Assembly (NCBI GenBank): GCA_050943215.1
Contig: JBMNOU010000005.1
Location: 1 to 60,435 of the forward strand
Direction of reading: 5' to 3'
DNA from: Christensenellales bacterium
GTDB taxonomy: Bacteria; Bacillota; Clostridia; Christensenellales; SZUA-584
DNA length: 60,435 nucleotides
This document shows, one piece after another, positions 8,898 through 19,067 of the stretch (the first letter of the stretch is position 1; the number at the start of each line of letters is the position of its first letter). The position numbers and the translations under genes are program-made. The notes beneath the pieces were generated by a model. That model made no database searches. It was not told the origin of the DNA and saw only the letters and a list, made by a program, of their open reading frames with translations.

Positions 8898-10058
8898 CTA
8901 TTTTTTACCGCGTTGCCATGCCACCAGCTCAGATGCCTTTATACACAGTCCCGTATCATGGCAATGTTGTTCGGTAAACCTGCCTTGCGCGTTGCCCGCA
9001 CCATGCCCGATCAGCATAAACGGAGCAGGCTGGGCGCCATGACCGCCGCTGTCCGAAAACGTATAATGGTCGGACACAATAACCGCGCTATAAGGGGGCT
9101 TAACATTATCAAAAAAAGGCCGGATAAAATACTCATCGATACACTCGATCGCCCGCGTCTTTTCAAGCGCAAGCCGCTCATGCGATAAGTCATCAAGCTC
9201 TTGTATGTGAATATATGCGTAATCGTATTCTTTTAAAGCCTCAATGGCATTCTTCCTTTTTACATTAAGAAACCCGGCAAAATCACTGTCCTTTTCTGTC
9301 GTTATGCAATCCGTTCCGGACAGCGCAGCAATACCGCGCATCAGCGTGGTTTCGGCAAGCACAACGCGTCTTCCTTCCGGCTGCTGGTCGAAGCTAGGTG
9401 CGTATGAAGCACCCCAGAACCAGATACCATTTGCAGCCGTTTCGTTGTTGCGCGACAAAACCGCGTAGGCTTTCCTCATCAGATCGTAAAAATCTTGGAT
9501 TATGCCTTCGCCTTTTATAAAATCCGAAACAGCGCCGCCTATCATATCGTGAGCTGGCATAAAATTCAGCTGCTGTGCCATTTGGGCGGCGCCTTCCATA
9601 ACGAGTATGTTGCGGAACGTATCCGTATTAATCAGTTTAAACGGCGGGCGGAAAACTTCATTGTTCAGCCTATCTACAAGCAGCCTTGCCTTCTCTGTTT
9701 CGATATCATGCGCACTATAACTTTGCATGATGCTATTATCAAAGCTGCTTCCTTCCAATGTAACTAGATTACATCTAATATAAAGATTATCGGGATGGAC
9801 GGTAATATCTGCACCGGCCGCTTCAATAACCGCCCGTCCCCTATACACCTCGGCCGGGTTGTAGCCCATTAAACTCATGTTTGCCACCGCGCTGCCTACC
9901 TCAAGACCGGATGGTATCGTCATGACTACTCCAGGTTTTGACTGTTTATAAAGTCCATCGAGACAAGGCGTAACCGCTGCCTCCATCGGAGTTTTGCCAT
10001 TAAGTTTTATCTGCGGCCTATCCGCGATCCCGTCAAGTACGATTGTAAATTGTTTCAT
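8898..10058 (-). CDS. Cofactor-independent phosphoglycerate mutase-like metalloenzyme (ApgM family)
   Basis: 386 aa. The N-terminus (IVLDGIADRP...KTPMEAAVTPCLD) and C-terminus (VSDHYTF...GGHG) match the alkaline-phosphatase-superfamily ApgM pattern. Its start overlaps the upstream stop (ATGA). Confidence 0.7.
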   Translation of the reverse strand: MKQFTIVLDGIADRPQIKLNGKTPMEAAVTPCLDGLYKQSKPGVVMTIPSGLEVGSAVANMSLMGYNPAEVYRGRAVIEAAGADITVHPDNLYIRCNLVTLEGSSFDNSIMQSYSAHDIETEKARLLVDRLNNEVFRPPFKLINTDTFRNILVMEGAAQMAQQLNFMPAHDMIGGAVSDFIKGEGIIQDFYDLMRKAYAVLSRNNETAANGIWFWGASYAPSFDQQPEGRRVVLAETTLMRGIAALSGTDCITTEKDSDFAGFLNVKRKNAIEALKEYDYAYIHIQELDDLSHERLALEKTRAIECIDEYFIRPFFDNVKPPYSAVIVSDHYTFSDSGGHGAQPAPFMLIGHGAGNAQGRFTEQHCHDTGLCIKASELVAWQRGKK

Positions 10059-11185
10059 ATCTTTCCCCTTATTTTTTTTAGTTCTTTCTCTATCTTATCA
10101 ATATCCGGGGGGCATCCTTTAATGCTGTAGTCAAAACTATCCGTACAGTTACCGCATCCGATATCGCCTTTCTTTCCCCTAAAATCCTGTCCAACACATA
10201 TTTTGATGTCTCCTAAACCCTGCGTCGTATCTAGCCTAAGAAGCGCGCTTATCAAATTCCCGTAGCACGCGCTGCAAGCCGATTGCTGAATGATATGCGA
10301 TTTGGCCGATTCTAGCGCCTTTATACGGGTGTGCAATACTGTCCGATTGGCACCGTTTAAATATACGATATCCGCATCTCTCACATTAGGGCTGCCCACA
10401 CCAATCTCCGCCGCCATTTTGAGATACCCAACATCATGGATATCGTAACCGAGAAGACCTGAGGCATATACATCAATCAGCACGCTGTCCATACCGGCAA
10501 TCATCGTATTCATACGCACCGGATTGCCGCCTTCCTCAAAGTGCGGATCGGTATAAATGCCATCCGCAATGGTCAAGGCGGGGCTTATCATTTTATTAAG
10601 ATATGCGATTGGTTTATGCAGCCCCATCGCATGGAACCGCCTTTTTTCCCTATCCGGTATCAGTCCTTTCATGTTCTTTAGCGCACATGTAAAATTTGTT
10701 TGGCAGTGTCCTTTTACAAGCGGAAGGTTTATCAGATAGTCCGTTTCAAGCGCGTGCTTTGATATATCGATATTCATGCCGCCGTATTCGCATGTAACAT
10801 GCTGATCCTTTTTAGCATCAACAAGCCGGATGCCATATTTTTTAGCCAATAAATCGTAACCGCAAGCTTTAAAAGCATTTCGCGTATCAACCGCAAGCCA
10901 GGAGCTTTCTATAATACAGATATCGCTATAATGCCTGTCTAAAAAATATTCGATAATGGCCTCGCAGGTTTTAGGATTCGTCGTCGCACCACTCTTCCAG
11001 CCTTTTGCCACGACCAGGTTGGGTTTAAGACCAATACGTGCGCCTTTATCGAGACCTTTCTCTGGTCCTATTGCCTCAAGCAGCAGCCGCGTCATCATTT
11101 TTGCGTCGTCGCCGTTCACAACATACAACCTGCCCACTCTACCACCCCTTTCTTTATAACGCATTATAACATGGGTCAAATCCAT
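10055..11185 (-). CDS. DUF362 domain protein with C-terminal Cys motifs
   Basis: 376 aa with a DUF362-like core (IGLKPNLV..., LKNMKG...) and C-terminal CSACYGN / CGNC / GCPP cysteines suggesting a metal or Fe-S site. Confidence 0.6.
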   Translation of the reverse strand: MDLTHVIMRYKERGGRVGRLYVVNGDDAKMMTRLLLEAIGPEKGLDKGARIGLKPNLVVAKGWKSGATTNPKTCEAIIEYFLDRHYSDICIIESSWLAVDTRNAFKACGYDLLAKKYGIRLVDAKKDQHVTCEYGGMNIDISKHALETDYLINLPLVKGHCQTNFTCALKNMKGLIPDREKRRFHAMGLHKPIAYLNKMISPALTIADGIYTDPHFEEGGNPVRMNTMIAGMDSVLIDVYASGLLGYDIHDVGYLKMAAEIGVGSPNVRDADIVYLNGANRTVLHTRIKALESAKSHIIQQSACSACYGNLISALLRLDTTQGLGDIKICVGQDFRGKKGDIGCGNCTDSFDYSIKGCPPDIDKIEKELKKIRGKI

Positions 11186-11202
11186 CTGAAAGTCTCAATA
11201 TG

Positions 11203-11230
11203 AAAAAACGCCAGAGTGCTCCGGCGTTTT
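11203..11230 (-). terminator. Putative intrinsic terminator
   Basis: On the minus strand: AAAACGCC-loop-GGCGUUUUUU, immediately upstream of the DUF362 gene start. Confidence 0.45.
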
Positions 11231-11994
11231 ATATCTTCCAATAACTGTTTGTAAGACACATTCTTTTATTGCTATAGACCTCAACCGTGTTTATATCAAC
11301 GTAGGTAAAACGGAATTTCTCTTTGCTCTAACCATAGCCGTCTTTAAGATGTATATTGCACTTGGAAATACTATAATACTCAAAATCTAAATTACCATAT
11401 CCGGGTATATCACAATAGTTCCAAAGCTTGATGGTGTATCGACTCATTTACTTGCTACAGCATCTGCATCGAATCTTTGTAGTCTACTAAAATTCTTTCA
11501 ATATCTTTTTGGCCAAATATGTTCGTTGTTTTGAAACATGATTTTCGCATGCCTGTAATCTGCTCCCAATATCATATAGGGAGCGTCCCTGTAATCACCT
11601 AAATTTAAAAAAACTGCTGCGGCTTCATCAAACCAGCCGGCCCATATGTATTTTCTCAATTCCTGATAATCCTTATAAAAAGTCAGAATACCCAAAAGGC
11701 AATCCCTCAGTATTCTCTTTCACAATATAATAATTCGCTACAATATATTCTGCCGGCGATTGTTTCACGACGGCAAATCAAATTCCGCAATATATTCTCT
11801 CACCATAATAGCAAAAAACATGCACAATACTTTCGCAAATATCAAATACCTATTGAGTGACAGCTAAGATTAGCACAGCTGATAATGAACTTCTTCTCAT
11901 AACCTGCCGCTCTATCCATTTATTCCCCTTATTGATAGTATAAAGGATATTACCAATGACGAACATCAAATTCAGCCAATCAAAGAGGTAAAAC

Positions 11995-12318
11995 TTATGT
12001 TCTTTTTTTTCTTGGCTTTACCGTTAGCTCACGCATCGTAACTCCATTGACATAGACTTTAACTAAATAGTTTTTATCCGCAAGCAGCGGACCGAAAATA
12101 AACTCGCCATCATCATCGGTAAACGTATGCGCAATGGGCTCACAATTTTGCTCTTCACGCAAAAACAGACGGATAACGGCATCCTTTATTCTTTTTCCAT
12201 CTGCATCGTATACAGTTCCATGAACAATGCTTCTTACTTCCTCCGGTATTGTAATGACGGCTTCAATCCTTTCATTTTTTCCGGGCGTAAAAGCGAATTT
12301 CATCGGATATAGCGGCAT
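11995..12318 (-). CDS. Small beta-sandwich protein (carboxypeptidase regulatory-like domain)
   Basis: 107 aa. The stretch HGTVYDADGKRIKDAVIRLF...TDDDGEFIFGPL...YLVKV resembles the CarboxypepD_reg pattern. There is a strong RBS (AGGGAGGA) before the ATG. Confidence 0.5.
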   Translation of the reverse strand: MPLYPMKFAFTPGKNERIEAVITIPEEVRSIVHGTVYDADGKRIKDAVIRLFLREEQNCEPIAHTFTDDDGEFIFGPLLADKNYLVKVYVNGVTMRELTVKPRKKRT

Positions 12319-12545
12319 GATTTATCCTCCCTATTTATCACAATATATTCAGGGTTTTTACAAAAATGTGCTGTCTTAATAATATTCTTAATATGCCAAA
12401 TATGTCTGTTCCCAGATAAAACAGGTTTAGGCAAAGCCTAACCCCAAAGCTGATATAACTTAAAAAAACAGATTTTTTTAGAAAGCCCAATAGCCAAATT
12501 GGCTAGCTTTTAGGACGATTAAAAAGCGCCTTTTATTTGTTCATA

Positions 12546-13928
12546 TCATAGACCAGCGGATTCGTAGACGTTAACATTTGAAATAAGGTAATAATTTCCT
12601 GAGTTGCCTTCATATAGCATCACTTGCTCGATCAAATACCCGTTGTAATCGATATAGTAGTATAAATTCACTTCATAAGTGTTATCATTATATTTATATG
12701 GTTCAATGTAAATATAAGCGTGATTATTGCCAAAAATATAATTAAATATATAATTTTCTATTATCTCCATCGTATTATAATCCGAACAAATGCATTCGAC
12801 CGTGCCATCAGGGCTCAAAATCAGCTTATAGAAATAATTCGGCGTGATATCGCTGTATTCGTCAACTATGATCTCACGTTTGGCCTCATCGGTACGAACA
12901 TATACCCACATGCAGCTTGTCAACGTTGTCTCAAACTCTTTCTGAGATTTCCACTCCATTGGGTCATGGTCACTTGTTTCAAACACAGACGCACTCTGTG
13001 GCACATATACGTTGTAACTAGAAATTTGGACAATGTCATCCGTATAAGGATCAAACAAGGCCAGGCCTTCAACAAGGTTGCCGTCAACGTCAATAATCAG
13101 CATAATGACAGCATCATATATCGCACCGTTATATGCCGTCTGTATCCCCGTGTCCCAGCAAGCGGCATAAGTACCTCCAATATCCTGTGTCCAATAAGTA
13201 TGGCTCATTTCATTCAGCACGCAATAATCAATCGCACTCAACTCGGAATATACCAGAGAATAATCCAGACTAAAGCTATATTTAGAAATAACGGACGGAT
13301 CTTTATTTCCGATATCGACATAACCGCCGTTAAAGGACGTTGCATTAGGGTTGCCTTGCGGTTCTAGATATGTCCAAACCGTTGATATCAAAGCCAATTC
13401 AAACTCTTCAATATTATTGAATGTCTGGATGGTATGGCTGACATCGTAATAGCTTAGCTGTACAAAATCAAACGGTAAATCGAGTATCGCCTCTGTCGGC
13501 GCCGGTGTTGGCGAGGGTACCGGGGGTTGTGTCGGTTCAAGCTGGTCTGTACCGCTTACAACAGAAGATTGTAAAAGCGACTCATAAACGTCAGCAAAAT
13601 TCTCAGGTTCAGCTTTTGAAGGAGAAAAAACTTTTAGGTAGACGAATACGATAGCCGCTATGGCAATAACGGATAAGGCGCATACTAGTACAATAAGCCC
13701 GATTTTTTGGGGTTTATTCGGGGCAGATACTATTGGGGCAGTCCCGCCGTAGGTCGGGAAATACCCCGGTTGAGGGGGATGCTGCCGGACACTCTCTGCT
13801 TGGCGATTGTCTTTAGGACCTTGCTGATATTGTATCTGTTGGGTGCAATCTTCAGTTACCCGGTGCCCACACGCTGTGCAAAATGCGGAGCCCTTAAGTA
13901 TGCTTGCTCCACAGTTTTTACATAACAT
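12546..13928 (-). CDS. Zinc-ribbon / single-TM protein with duplicated extracellular domain
   Basis: N-terminal CKNCG...CTACG zinc ribbon, Pro/Gln-rich linker, one TM (IGLIVLVCALSVIAIAAIVFVYL), then two related Tyr/Asn-rich modules, each about 140 aa. Confidence 0.6.
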   Translation of the reverse strand: MLCKNCGASILKGSAFCTACGHRVTEDCTQQIQYQQGPKDNRQAESVRQHPPQPGYFPTYGGTAPIVSAPNKPQKIGLIVLVCALSVIAIAAIVFVYLKVFSPSKAEPENFADVYESLLQSSVVSGTDQLEPTQPPVPSPTPAPTEAILDLPFDFVQLSYYDVSHTIQTFNNIEEFELALISTVWTYLEPQGNPNATSFNGGYVDIGNKDPSVISKYSFSLDYSLVYSELSAIDYCVLNEMSHTYWTQDIGGTYAACWDTGIQTAYNGAIYDAVIMLIIDVDGNLVEGLALFDPYTDDIVQISSYNVYVPQSASVFETSDHDPMEWKSQKEFETTLTSCMWVYVRTDEAKREIIVDEYSDITPNYFYKLILSPDGTVECICSDYNTMEIIENYIFNYIFGNNHAYIYIEPYKYNDNTYEVNLYYYIDYNGYLIEQVMLYEGNSGNYYLISNVNVYESAGL

Positions 13929-14039
13929 ATTAGTCCTCCTAATGTTAATTCTAAAGTCTCAATAATCGGCTCTCTTCGAACCCCAAATGAGTTTAACTTA
14001 ATATTTTCTGCCACATATTATGAATGCTTTAATTGCCGG

Positions 14040-15011
14040 TTATTCCTTAAATGAAATTATGTCTGAAATTTTATCGATAAATTGTTGCCTTTCAGAGTTT
14101 GTGTATAAAAGTACTTTTGGTTCTTCATCAAGACCATAGAACGTAATGACCACAAAATCACCGTATGCCTGCCGATCCGCCAAATTTTTCGCGTCCATTA
14201 TGATGCCATCGCCTTTATTACTGTTAACAACCGTTACATTTGACCGGAGCACATCACAATAAAAAGCCGCTGATCCGTCAGTGCCCAGATAAAGTGTATG
14301 ATTATCTATGATCATATCCGCACCAATAAGCGCAGTGTTAATTCCTTCAACGTCATTGATACCGTTTAAAGAGATTTGTTTGTCTCCAACAACTATCTTA
14401 ACATTATTTGCATCCGATAGCGCTTCCTTTGCATCCGATAGCGCGCCTAATATTTTATCCTCGCCCGAAGTTCTGTTAATAGCCCCGTTAAGCTCTTCTA
14501 AAGCTGCTTTGGCGATGATAGCATCTTTTCTCATGGCCATCATCCAATTTTCTATGTTCTTTTTTGCACCATCCGTATATCCGCCCGAATAATCTCGTTT
14601 TACATCAGTATCAATACCTTTCAACGTTTCAGCGGCATATGCAATCCTACCGAAAGGAAGGTTTAATTGGATGCTTGCTAAAAAATCAAACACCCCACCC
14701 TGTATGGCGCTACAACATTCAATCGCAATATTGAGATCCTTTTTAAAATCGTTATATGAAGAGTATAAATGGGCACTATTAATAATTTTATCCGTGCAGT
14801 ATGCAGCAGTTAAATAGTTCTTAGCTGCAGTGCCGATATAACTTTGCCTAGATGGCAAAATAAAAAAGAGCACGGCACATGCAACAATGATTATAGCAAG
14901 TGATATACATAAAAAAGCTATAGTCCTATGTTTCCTTGGCCTGCTTAAAATATTTCCGCAAACAATGCAGATATTGCCGTTTGAACGGCCTCCACAGTTT
15001 GGGCAAACCAT
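14040..15011 (-). CDS. Zinc-ribbon / single-TM protein, function unknown
   Basis: N-terminal CPNCG...CIVCG zinc ribbon, one TM (IAFLCISLAIIIVACAVLFFIL), and an extracellular domain of about 260 aa. Confidence 0.6.
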   Translation of the reverse strand: MVCPNCGGRSNGNICIVCGNILSRPRKHRTIAFLCISLAIIIVACAVLFFILPSRQSYIGTAAKNYLTAAYCTDKIINSAHLYSSYNDFKKDLNIAIECCSAIQGGVFDFLASIQLNLPFGRIAYAAETLKGIDTDVKRDYSGGYTDGAKKNIENWMMAMRKDAIIAKAALEELNGAINRTSGEDKILGALSDAKEALSDANNVKIVVGDKQISLNGINDVEGINTALIGADMIIDNHTLYLGTDGSAAFYCDVLRSNVTVVNSNKGDGIIMDAKNLADRQAYGDFVVITFYGLDEEPKVLLYTNSERQQFIDKISDIISFKE

Positions 15012-15298
15012 ACTACACCTCCCAGTAAATTATATCCATTATATACTGTCATTCTATCTTATTCACCTTAGCAATGCAATATATACCGTGACTACAATTT
15101 AGTCCTATATTATGGGATATGACGGTAATGGTGCTCACAATTTGCTTCATATTGAATGCAAGTTTTTGAGCATATTTAACAAATCGCGTTACCAAAGACA
15201 TGCCCTGCTTAGAATTGACGTTAATACGTTTATAGATTTGGAAAAATACGGGCATGTAAATAAGCCAAAATGTATTCTGGCTTGGTTTGCCTAAAAAT

Positions 15299-15829
15299 TC
15301 AGTCCTTCATTAACAATCGTCTGATGTTGTTGAAATAATACGCGGTCACTTTTGTAAACACAAAATCATAAACAACAAAAGCAATCTCCGCGAGAATAAT
15401 CAGCACCCAAAAAGTGATACCCGAATCGAGCACATCTTTAGTGATGACTTCTTTTGCGAGAAGATACATTAGCGCCAGCGCTATATTAAAATACAATAGT
15501 TTCAGTACATATCCAACGACCTTATCTTTTATACGTTTCTGGATAAAATACTTGCCAATACCATAATGCCCGAAAAACAATACGTAAGGAATAACCCTTA
15601 TGATATCTGGCATTAAAAGTAGAGACAGCAATGAAACAGTAACAAACATTAGAAAAGCCAGCCCGATCTCTTCTTCTAATACCAGCCCCATGATAAAAAT
15701 AGAACTTAAAAAATACATCGTAATGCGCATAGTGGGCAGCACGGATGCAAGATATAGAAACAACAGCGACATCGATGCGAACATCGCCGTTAGGCTTACC
15801 CGGTGTGCGGTTCGTTTAAATCGTGGCAT
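15299..15829 (-). CDS. Polytopic membrane protein, function unknown
   Basis: 176 aa with 5 or so hydrophobic helices. It lies 62 nt downstream of the J-domain gene on the same strand. Confidence 0.5.
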   Translation of the reverse strand: MPRFKRTAHRVSLTAMFASMSLLFLYLASVLPTMRITMYFLSSIFIMGLVLEEEIGLAFLMFVTVSLLSLLLMPDIIRVIPYVLFFGHYGIGKYFIQKRIKDKVVGYVLKLLYFNIALALMYLLAKEVITKDVLDSGITFWVLIILAEIAFVVYDFVFTKVTAYYFNNIRRLLMKD

Positions 15830-15891
15830 AAAAATCCTCCACCCCTGTAAATATTTTTAATGTTCATTCGTTTTTAGCCTGTAGTATTAAC

Positions 15892-16503
15892 CTAGCAGCA
15901 GGCAATGCAGTCTCCGCCAAAACATTCGCAGCAGCAGTCTGCGCATAGCAGTCCGCTGCAGATACTGCAAACGTCCATACCGCCTCCATATCCTTGTCTG
16001 CCGTAAAATGTCTGCCCATACCCCGAGGCGCTCCTGTTTAAAGTGTTATAGGCATTCGCATATTCCGGATTGCCGGGGTTCATACTATTCGCCGTCGCAA
16101 AATGCTGCCGTGCGCCGTCGTACCAGCCTTTTTTAAGAAGGACCATACCTTTTAAGTAATGCCACTCTGCATCCCTGCTTCCAATCGCATCAAGCATGGC
16201 ATCAGCCCGAGTCAAATCGCCCATTTGTACCGCGCGGCGGATGTCCGCATAACGAGCCGAACCCGAATAAGAAGACGAACCTGAGAAATGAGAATCCGTA
16301 CCGGAATAGCCGCCAGCCTGACGCTCCTGTTGAATCGTCGCGTAAGCCTCGTTGATTGCTTTGAGCTTTTCGCTTGCCAGGTCTTCAAGATCATGCCCCT
16401 TATATCTGTCCGGATGATATTTTTTAGCAAGGTTCCTGTACGCGGTTTTTATCTCTGCGTCAGATGCGGACGGGCTAACCCCCAATACTTTATACGGATC
16501 CAT
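15892..16503 (-). CDS. J-domain protein with TPR-like middle and C-terminal cysteine string
   Basis: Canonical J domain (DPYKVLGV...[13 protein letters not shown]) followed by a TPR-like segment. The last 25 residues, [25 protein letters not shown], contain 11 Cys. Confidence 0.8.
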   Translation of the reverse strand: MDPYKVLGVSPSASDAEIKTAYRNLAKKYHPDRYKGHDLEDLASEKLKAINEAYATIQQERQAGGYSGTDSHFSGSSSYSGSARYADIRRAVQMGDLTRADAMLDAIGSRDAEWHYLKGMVLLKKGWYDGARQHFATANSMNPGNPEYANAYNTLNRSASGYGQTFYGRQGYGGGMDVCSICSGLLCADCCCECFGGDCIACC

Positions 16504-17371
16504 TCACTTCCCCTTTCAAAATGTCTTCTGTTTTTTTTGCAAGGCCAAGATACATAATATTATCAAGAAGCGGCTTGTCCCTTGTTATATTAAGCAATTC
16601 ATACGCTTTGCATGCTTCGGCCAACGTAAATTTAAGGTTGAACGCCGCCTCATCACGTATTTCTTCTTTCAGGTTGGCAACATCGCTGAATTTTCTCTGT
16701 AAATAAACATTATAGCGGTGCACCTTATGATCTTTTATCAAATCGTCAACAGCGTCAGCAATATAAATCCACCGTCCTAGATTATACCCTAAATGCCACA
16801 GTGCTTTTTTTGCCATATTGTCGATAAAACGATATGGTGCCAAAGAAAAAACTGCTGCAAGAAGATGTCCAAACTCCGATGCTACTGCGTCAACGCTATC
16901 ACTTTTCCGCATCTCTAGATCGTGCAGATTGGCAATTCTCCGGTCGAATTCCGCAGCAAGATCTGGGGTGTCTTTTGCTGCACGCTTCAGCACGCCTTTA
17001 TATAAAAGAGCCAGTGTATGGGCAGATACTTTGTAATCATCCGCAGCGGTGTCTTTGATTTTTCCGTAACCCAAAAGCACATTTACAGTAGCCGCATAGG
17101 CAGATTCTTTAGAACGAACAACAGTCTTTTTTTTAAATGGACTCGCAATGCATCTTTCCCTTTTCACTTCCGGAACTTCATCGCTCATCGAGGAAAGAAG
17201 CAATGACAAAACAGCGCAATCGTAGTTTAACATAAATCTTGCGGCATGTGTATATTTTTCTTTTATCGACTTGCATAACCCGCAATAGTATCCTCTGAAA
17301 GCCTCATATTCTTTCATCTTTAGCTCAGGCTTGAGAGGCTGCACATATCCAAACATTTTTTTCTCCTGCAT
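16490..17371 (-). CDS. DUF5685 family protein
   Basis: The N-terminus ([31 protein letters not shown]) is as I recall for DUF5685. Its stop overlaps the J-domain gene start by 14 nt. Confidence 0.6.
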   Translation of the reverse strand: MQEKKMFGYVQPLKPELKMKEYEAFRGYYCGLCKSIKEKYTHAARFMLNYDCAVLSLLLSSMSDEVPEVKRERCIASPFKKKTVVRSKESAYAATVNVLLGYGKIKDTAADDYKVSAHTLALLYKGVLKRAAKDTPDLAAEFDRRIANLHDLEMRKSDSVDAVASEFGHLLAAVFSLAPYRFIDNMAKKALWHLGYNLGRWIYIADAVDDLIKDHKVHRYNVYLQRKFSDVANLKEEIRDEAAFNLKFTLAEACKAYELLNITRDKPLLDNIMYLGLAKKTEDILKGEVNGSV

Positions 17372-17747
17372 TTAATATTAACATGTCCCAATTTTTTTAA
17401 CAATCCGATGGGGTCCATTTTTAACTCTGAATTCGCAATTTTATACTGTTTTCATATATTGCATAGAACAATCAAGTAAATTATACATACGAGAGGGTTA
17501 ATATTTTATTGATATAACCGGAATAACAATTTAACAAAATTTAGCCGGAGTCACACATCGCAACCCGGGTATTTTATGGGTAAACAGTCCCCGGGGCGTA
17601 GGATATATTAGGATATATAATGTATAGGTATATTGTTATGTGGGTACAAAAGGCTGCTTTATCCTGCTATAATTACATGGTCCTATTCCCGCATGGCCTT
17701 TTCTTTTTAATCAGCAGCAGACAGCGCAGGCAGGCGACGGATATCCG

Positions 17748-18602
17748 TTAATGGATATTAAAAGAGTCGGCAAGATAAGCAATATCATTGGCGATTCCCG
17801 GACATGTGGCTGCAATGCTCTTGCGTTTACCGAGAGATTCTACTAGCGCAAGCATGCCGCCATCCGGACAGAGAAGCTTTACACCCGCTTCGTTTGCAAT
17901 TAGTAGTCCGGCTGCATATTCATAAAAAGCTAGATTAATATTGATAGCCGCATCTAACCTGCCGCAGGCGACGTAGCACATGTCTATAGGTGCCGACAAT
18001 GACGTGCGAATAGACATCGCCTGCCCCAGCAATGAGCGAAGCGCGTCCATTTCTGCCATCCGCAGTGCCCGATGACTGACAGACAAGCAAGATTCAATGA
18101 TATTTTTGGTATTTGATGCCGAAATGCTTTTTCCATTCATATATGCGCCTAGCCCGCAAACAGCGTGGAAAAGTTCGACATGAATTGGATCAAAAACGAC
18201 AGCCGCTTTGACCTGCCTATTATCGAGATAAGCGATGCTGATGCAAAAATCCCTTAAACCTCTCTCGAAAGACTCTTTTGCGCAAAGGCTATCTACCGCA
18301 ATACATGACCCGGTAAACTCCGCTATCCCCCGCTCAAAATCCTCCAATATATAGCTGTCATCTTTTAGCTTCGCTATCTTTGGCAAAATCAAGGCTCCCG
18401 AAACAACTGCGATATCGTCTTTTTCTGAGGCGAACCAACTGTTTAGCAAATATGATACTATGATGTTGCTGCTGGCTATGCTGGTTTTTGAACCATCCCG
18501 TTTACCCGGTAATTCATCTTTAAAATCCTTAATCAAAATGTCTCCCGCTGCCAAAGCCGCATTTTTTAGCTCTAAGCAAATCTTCATCAAATCGTTATGC
18601 AT
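17748..18602 (-). CDS. Inositol monophosphatase-fold protein with degenerate metal-binding motif
   Basis: Collinear with the IMPase family (AVVFDPIHVELFHAVCGLGAYMNGKSI; YEYAAGLLIANEAG). The DPxDGT motif, however, reads VDSLCAK. Confidence 0.5.
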   Translation of the reverse strand: MHNDLMKICLELKNAALAAGDILIKDFKDELPGKRDGSKTSIASSNIIVSYLLNSWFASEKDDIAVVSGALILPKIAKLKDDSYILEDFERGIAEFTGSCIAVDSLCAKESFERGLRDFCISIAYLDNRQVKAAVVFDPIHVELFHAVCGLGAYMNGKSISASNTKNIIESCLSVSHRALRMAEMDALRSLLGQAMSIRTSLSAPIDMCYVACGRLDAAININLAFYEYAAGLLIANEAGVKLLCPDGGMLALVESLGKRKSIAATCPGIANDIAYLADSFNIH

Positions 18603-18762
18603 AAATATTTCCTCTATAAATTTTCTAAGATTATAACATATAAAACTCTTTGCTAACTCATAGTTTTTTTATTACAATAGTGATGGTTGAATTTGTGATC
18701 TGATAGGTTATACAGCCGGTTTGCAAACGATAAAAACAACCAGCCCCATTGAATAAAACTCA

Positions 18763-18791
18763 TTGACAAGCGCATGCTGGTATGTTAGATT
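18763..18791 (+). promoter_or_regulatory. Sigma-A type promoter for rpmG-secE-nusG
   Basis: TTGACA (18763-18768), 17-nt spacer, TAGATT (18786-18791), about 75 nt upstream of rpmG. Confidence 0.5.
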
Positions 18792-18864
18792 ACTAATGGT
18801 GCTCTAATAGACGGCTGCAAGGCCTTTTTTAGATTGCGCTTATACGATAGTGGGAGGAACTGCC

Positions 18865-19014
18865 ATGCGTACCAAAATTACATTGGCATGTACAGAGTGC
18901 AAACAAAGAAATTATGACACAATGAAGAATAAGAAGAACGATCCTGACAGATTGGAAATGAACAAATATTGTCGTTTCTGCAAAAAACATACCCTGCACA
19001 AGGAAACGAAATAG
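18865..19014 (+). CDS. rpmG: 50S ribosomal protein L33
   Basis: 49 aa, not in the ORF track: [49 protein letters not shown]. It has the two CxxC pairs typical of L33, a GGGAGG RBS, and precedes secE. Confidence 0.9.
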   Translation: MRTKITLACTECKQRNYDTMKNKKNDPDRLEMNKYCRFCKKHTLHKETK

Positions 19015-19067
19015 TATAAAGCGCGTTATATATGGGTATTTATATTAACATTTAGGATGTGAGGGTT

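Noticed and set aside
11498-11695. The 65-aa ORF (MGILTFYKDYQELRKYIWAGWFDEAAAVFLNLGDYRDAPY...), considered as a real gene.
   Set aside because: It has no RBS and a non-ATG start. The flanking sequence contains related broken frames. It looks like a fragment of a larger TPR-like gene, so it is reported only as part of the decayed patch.
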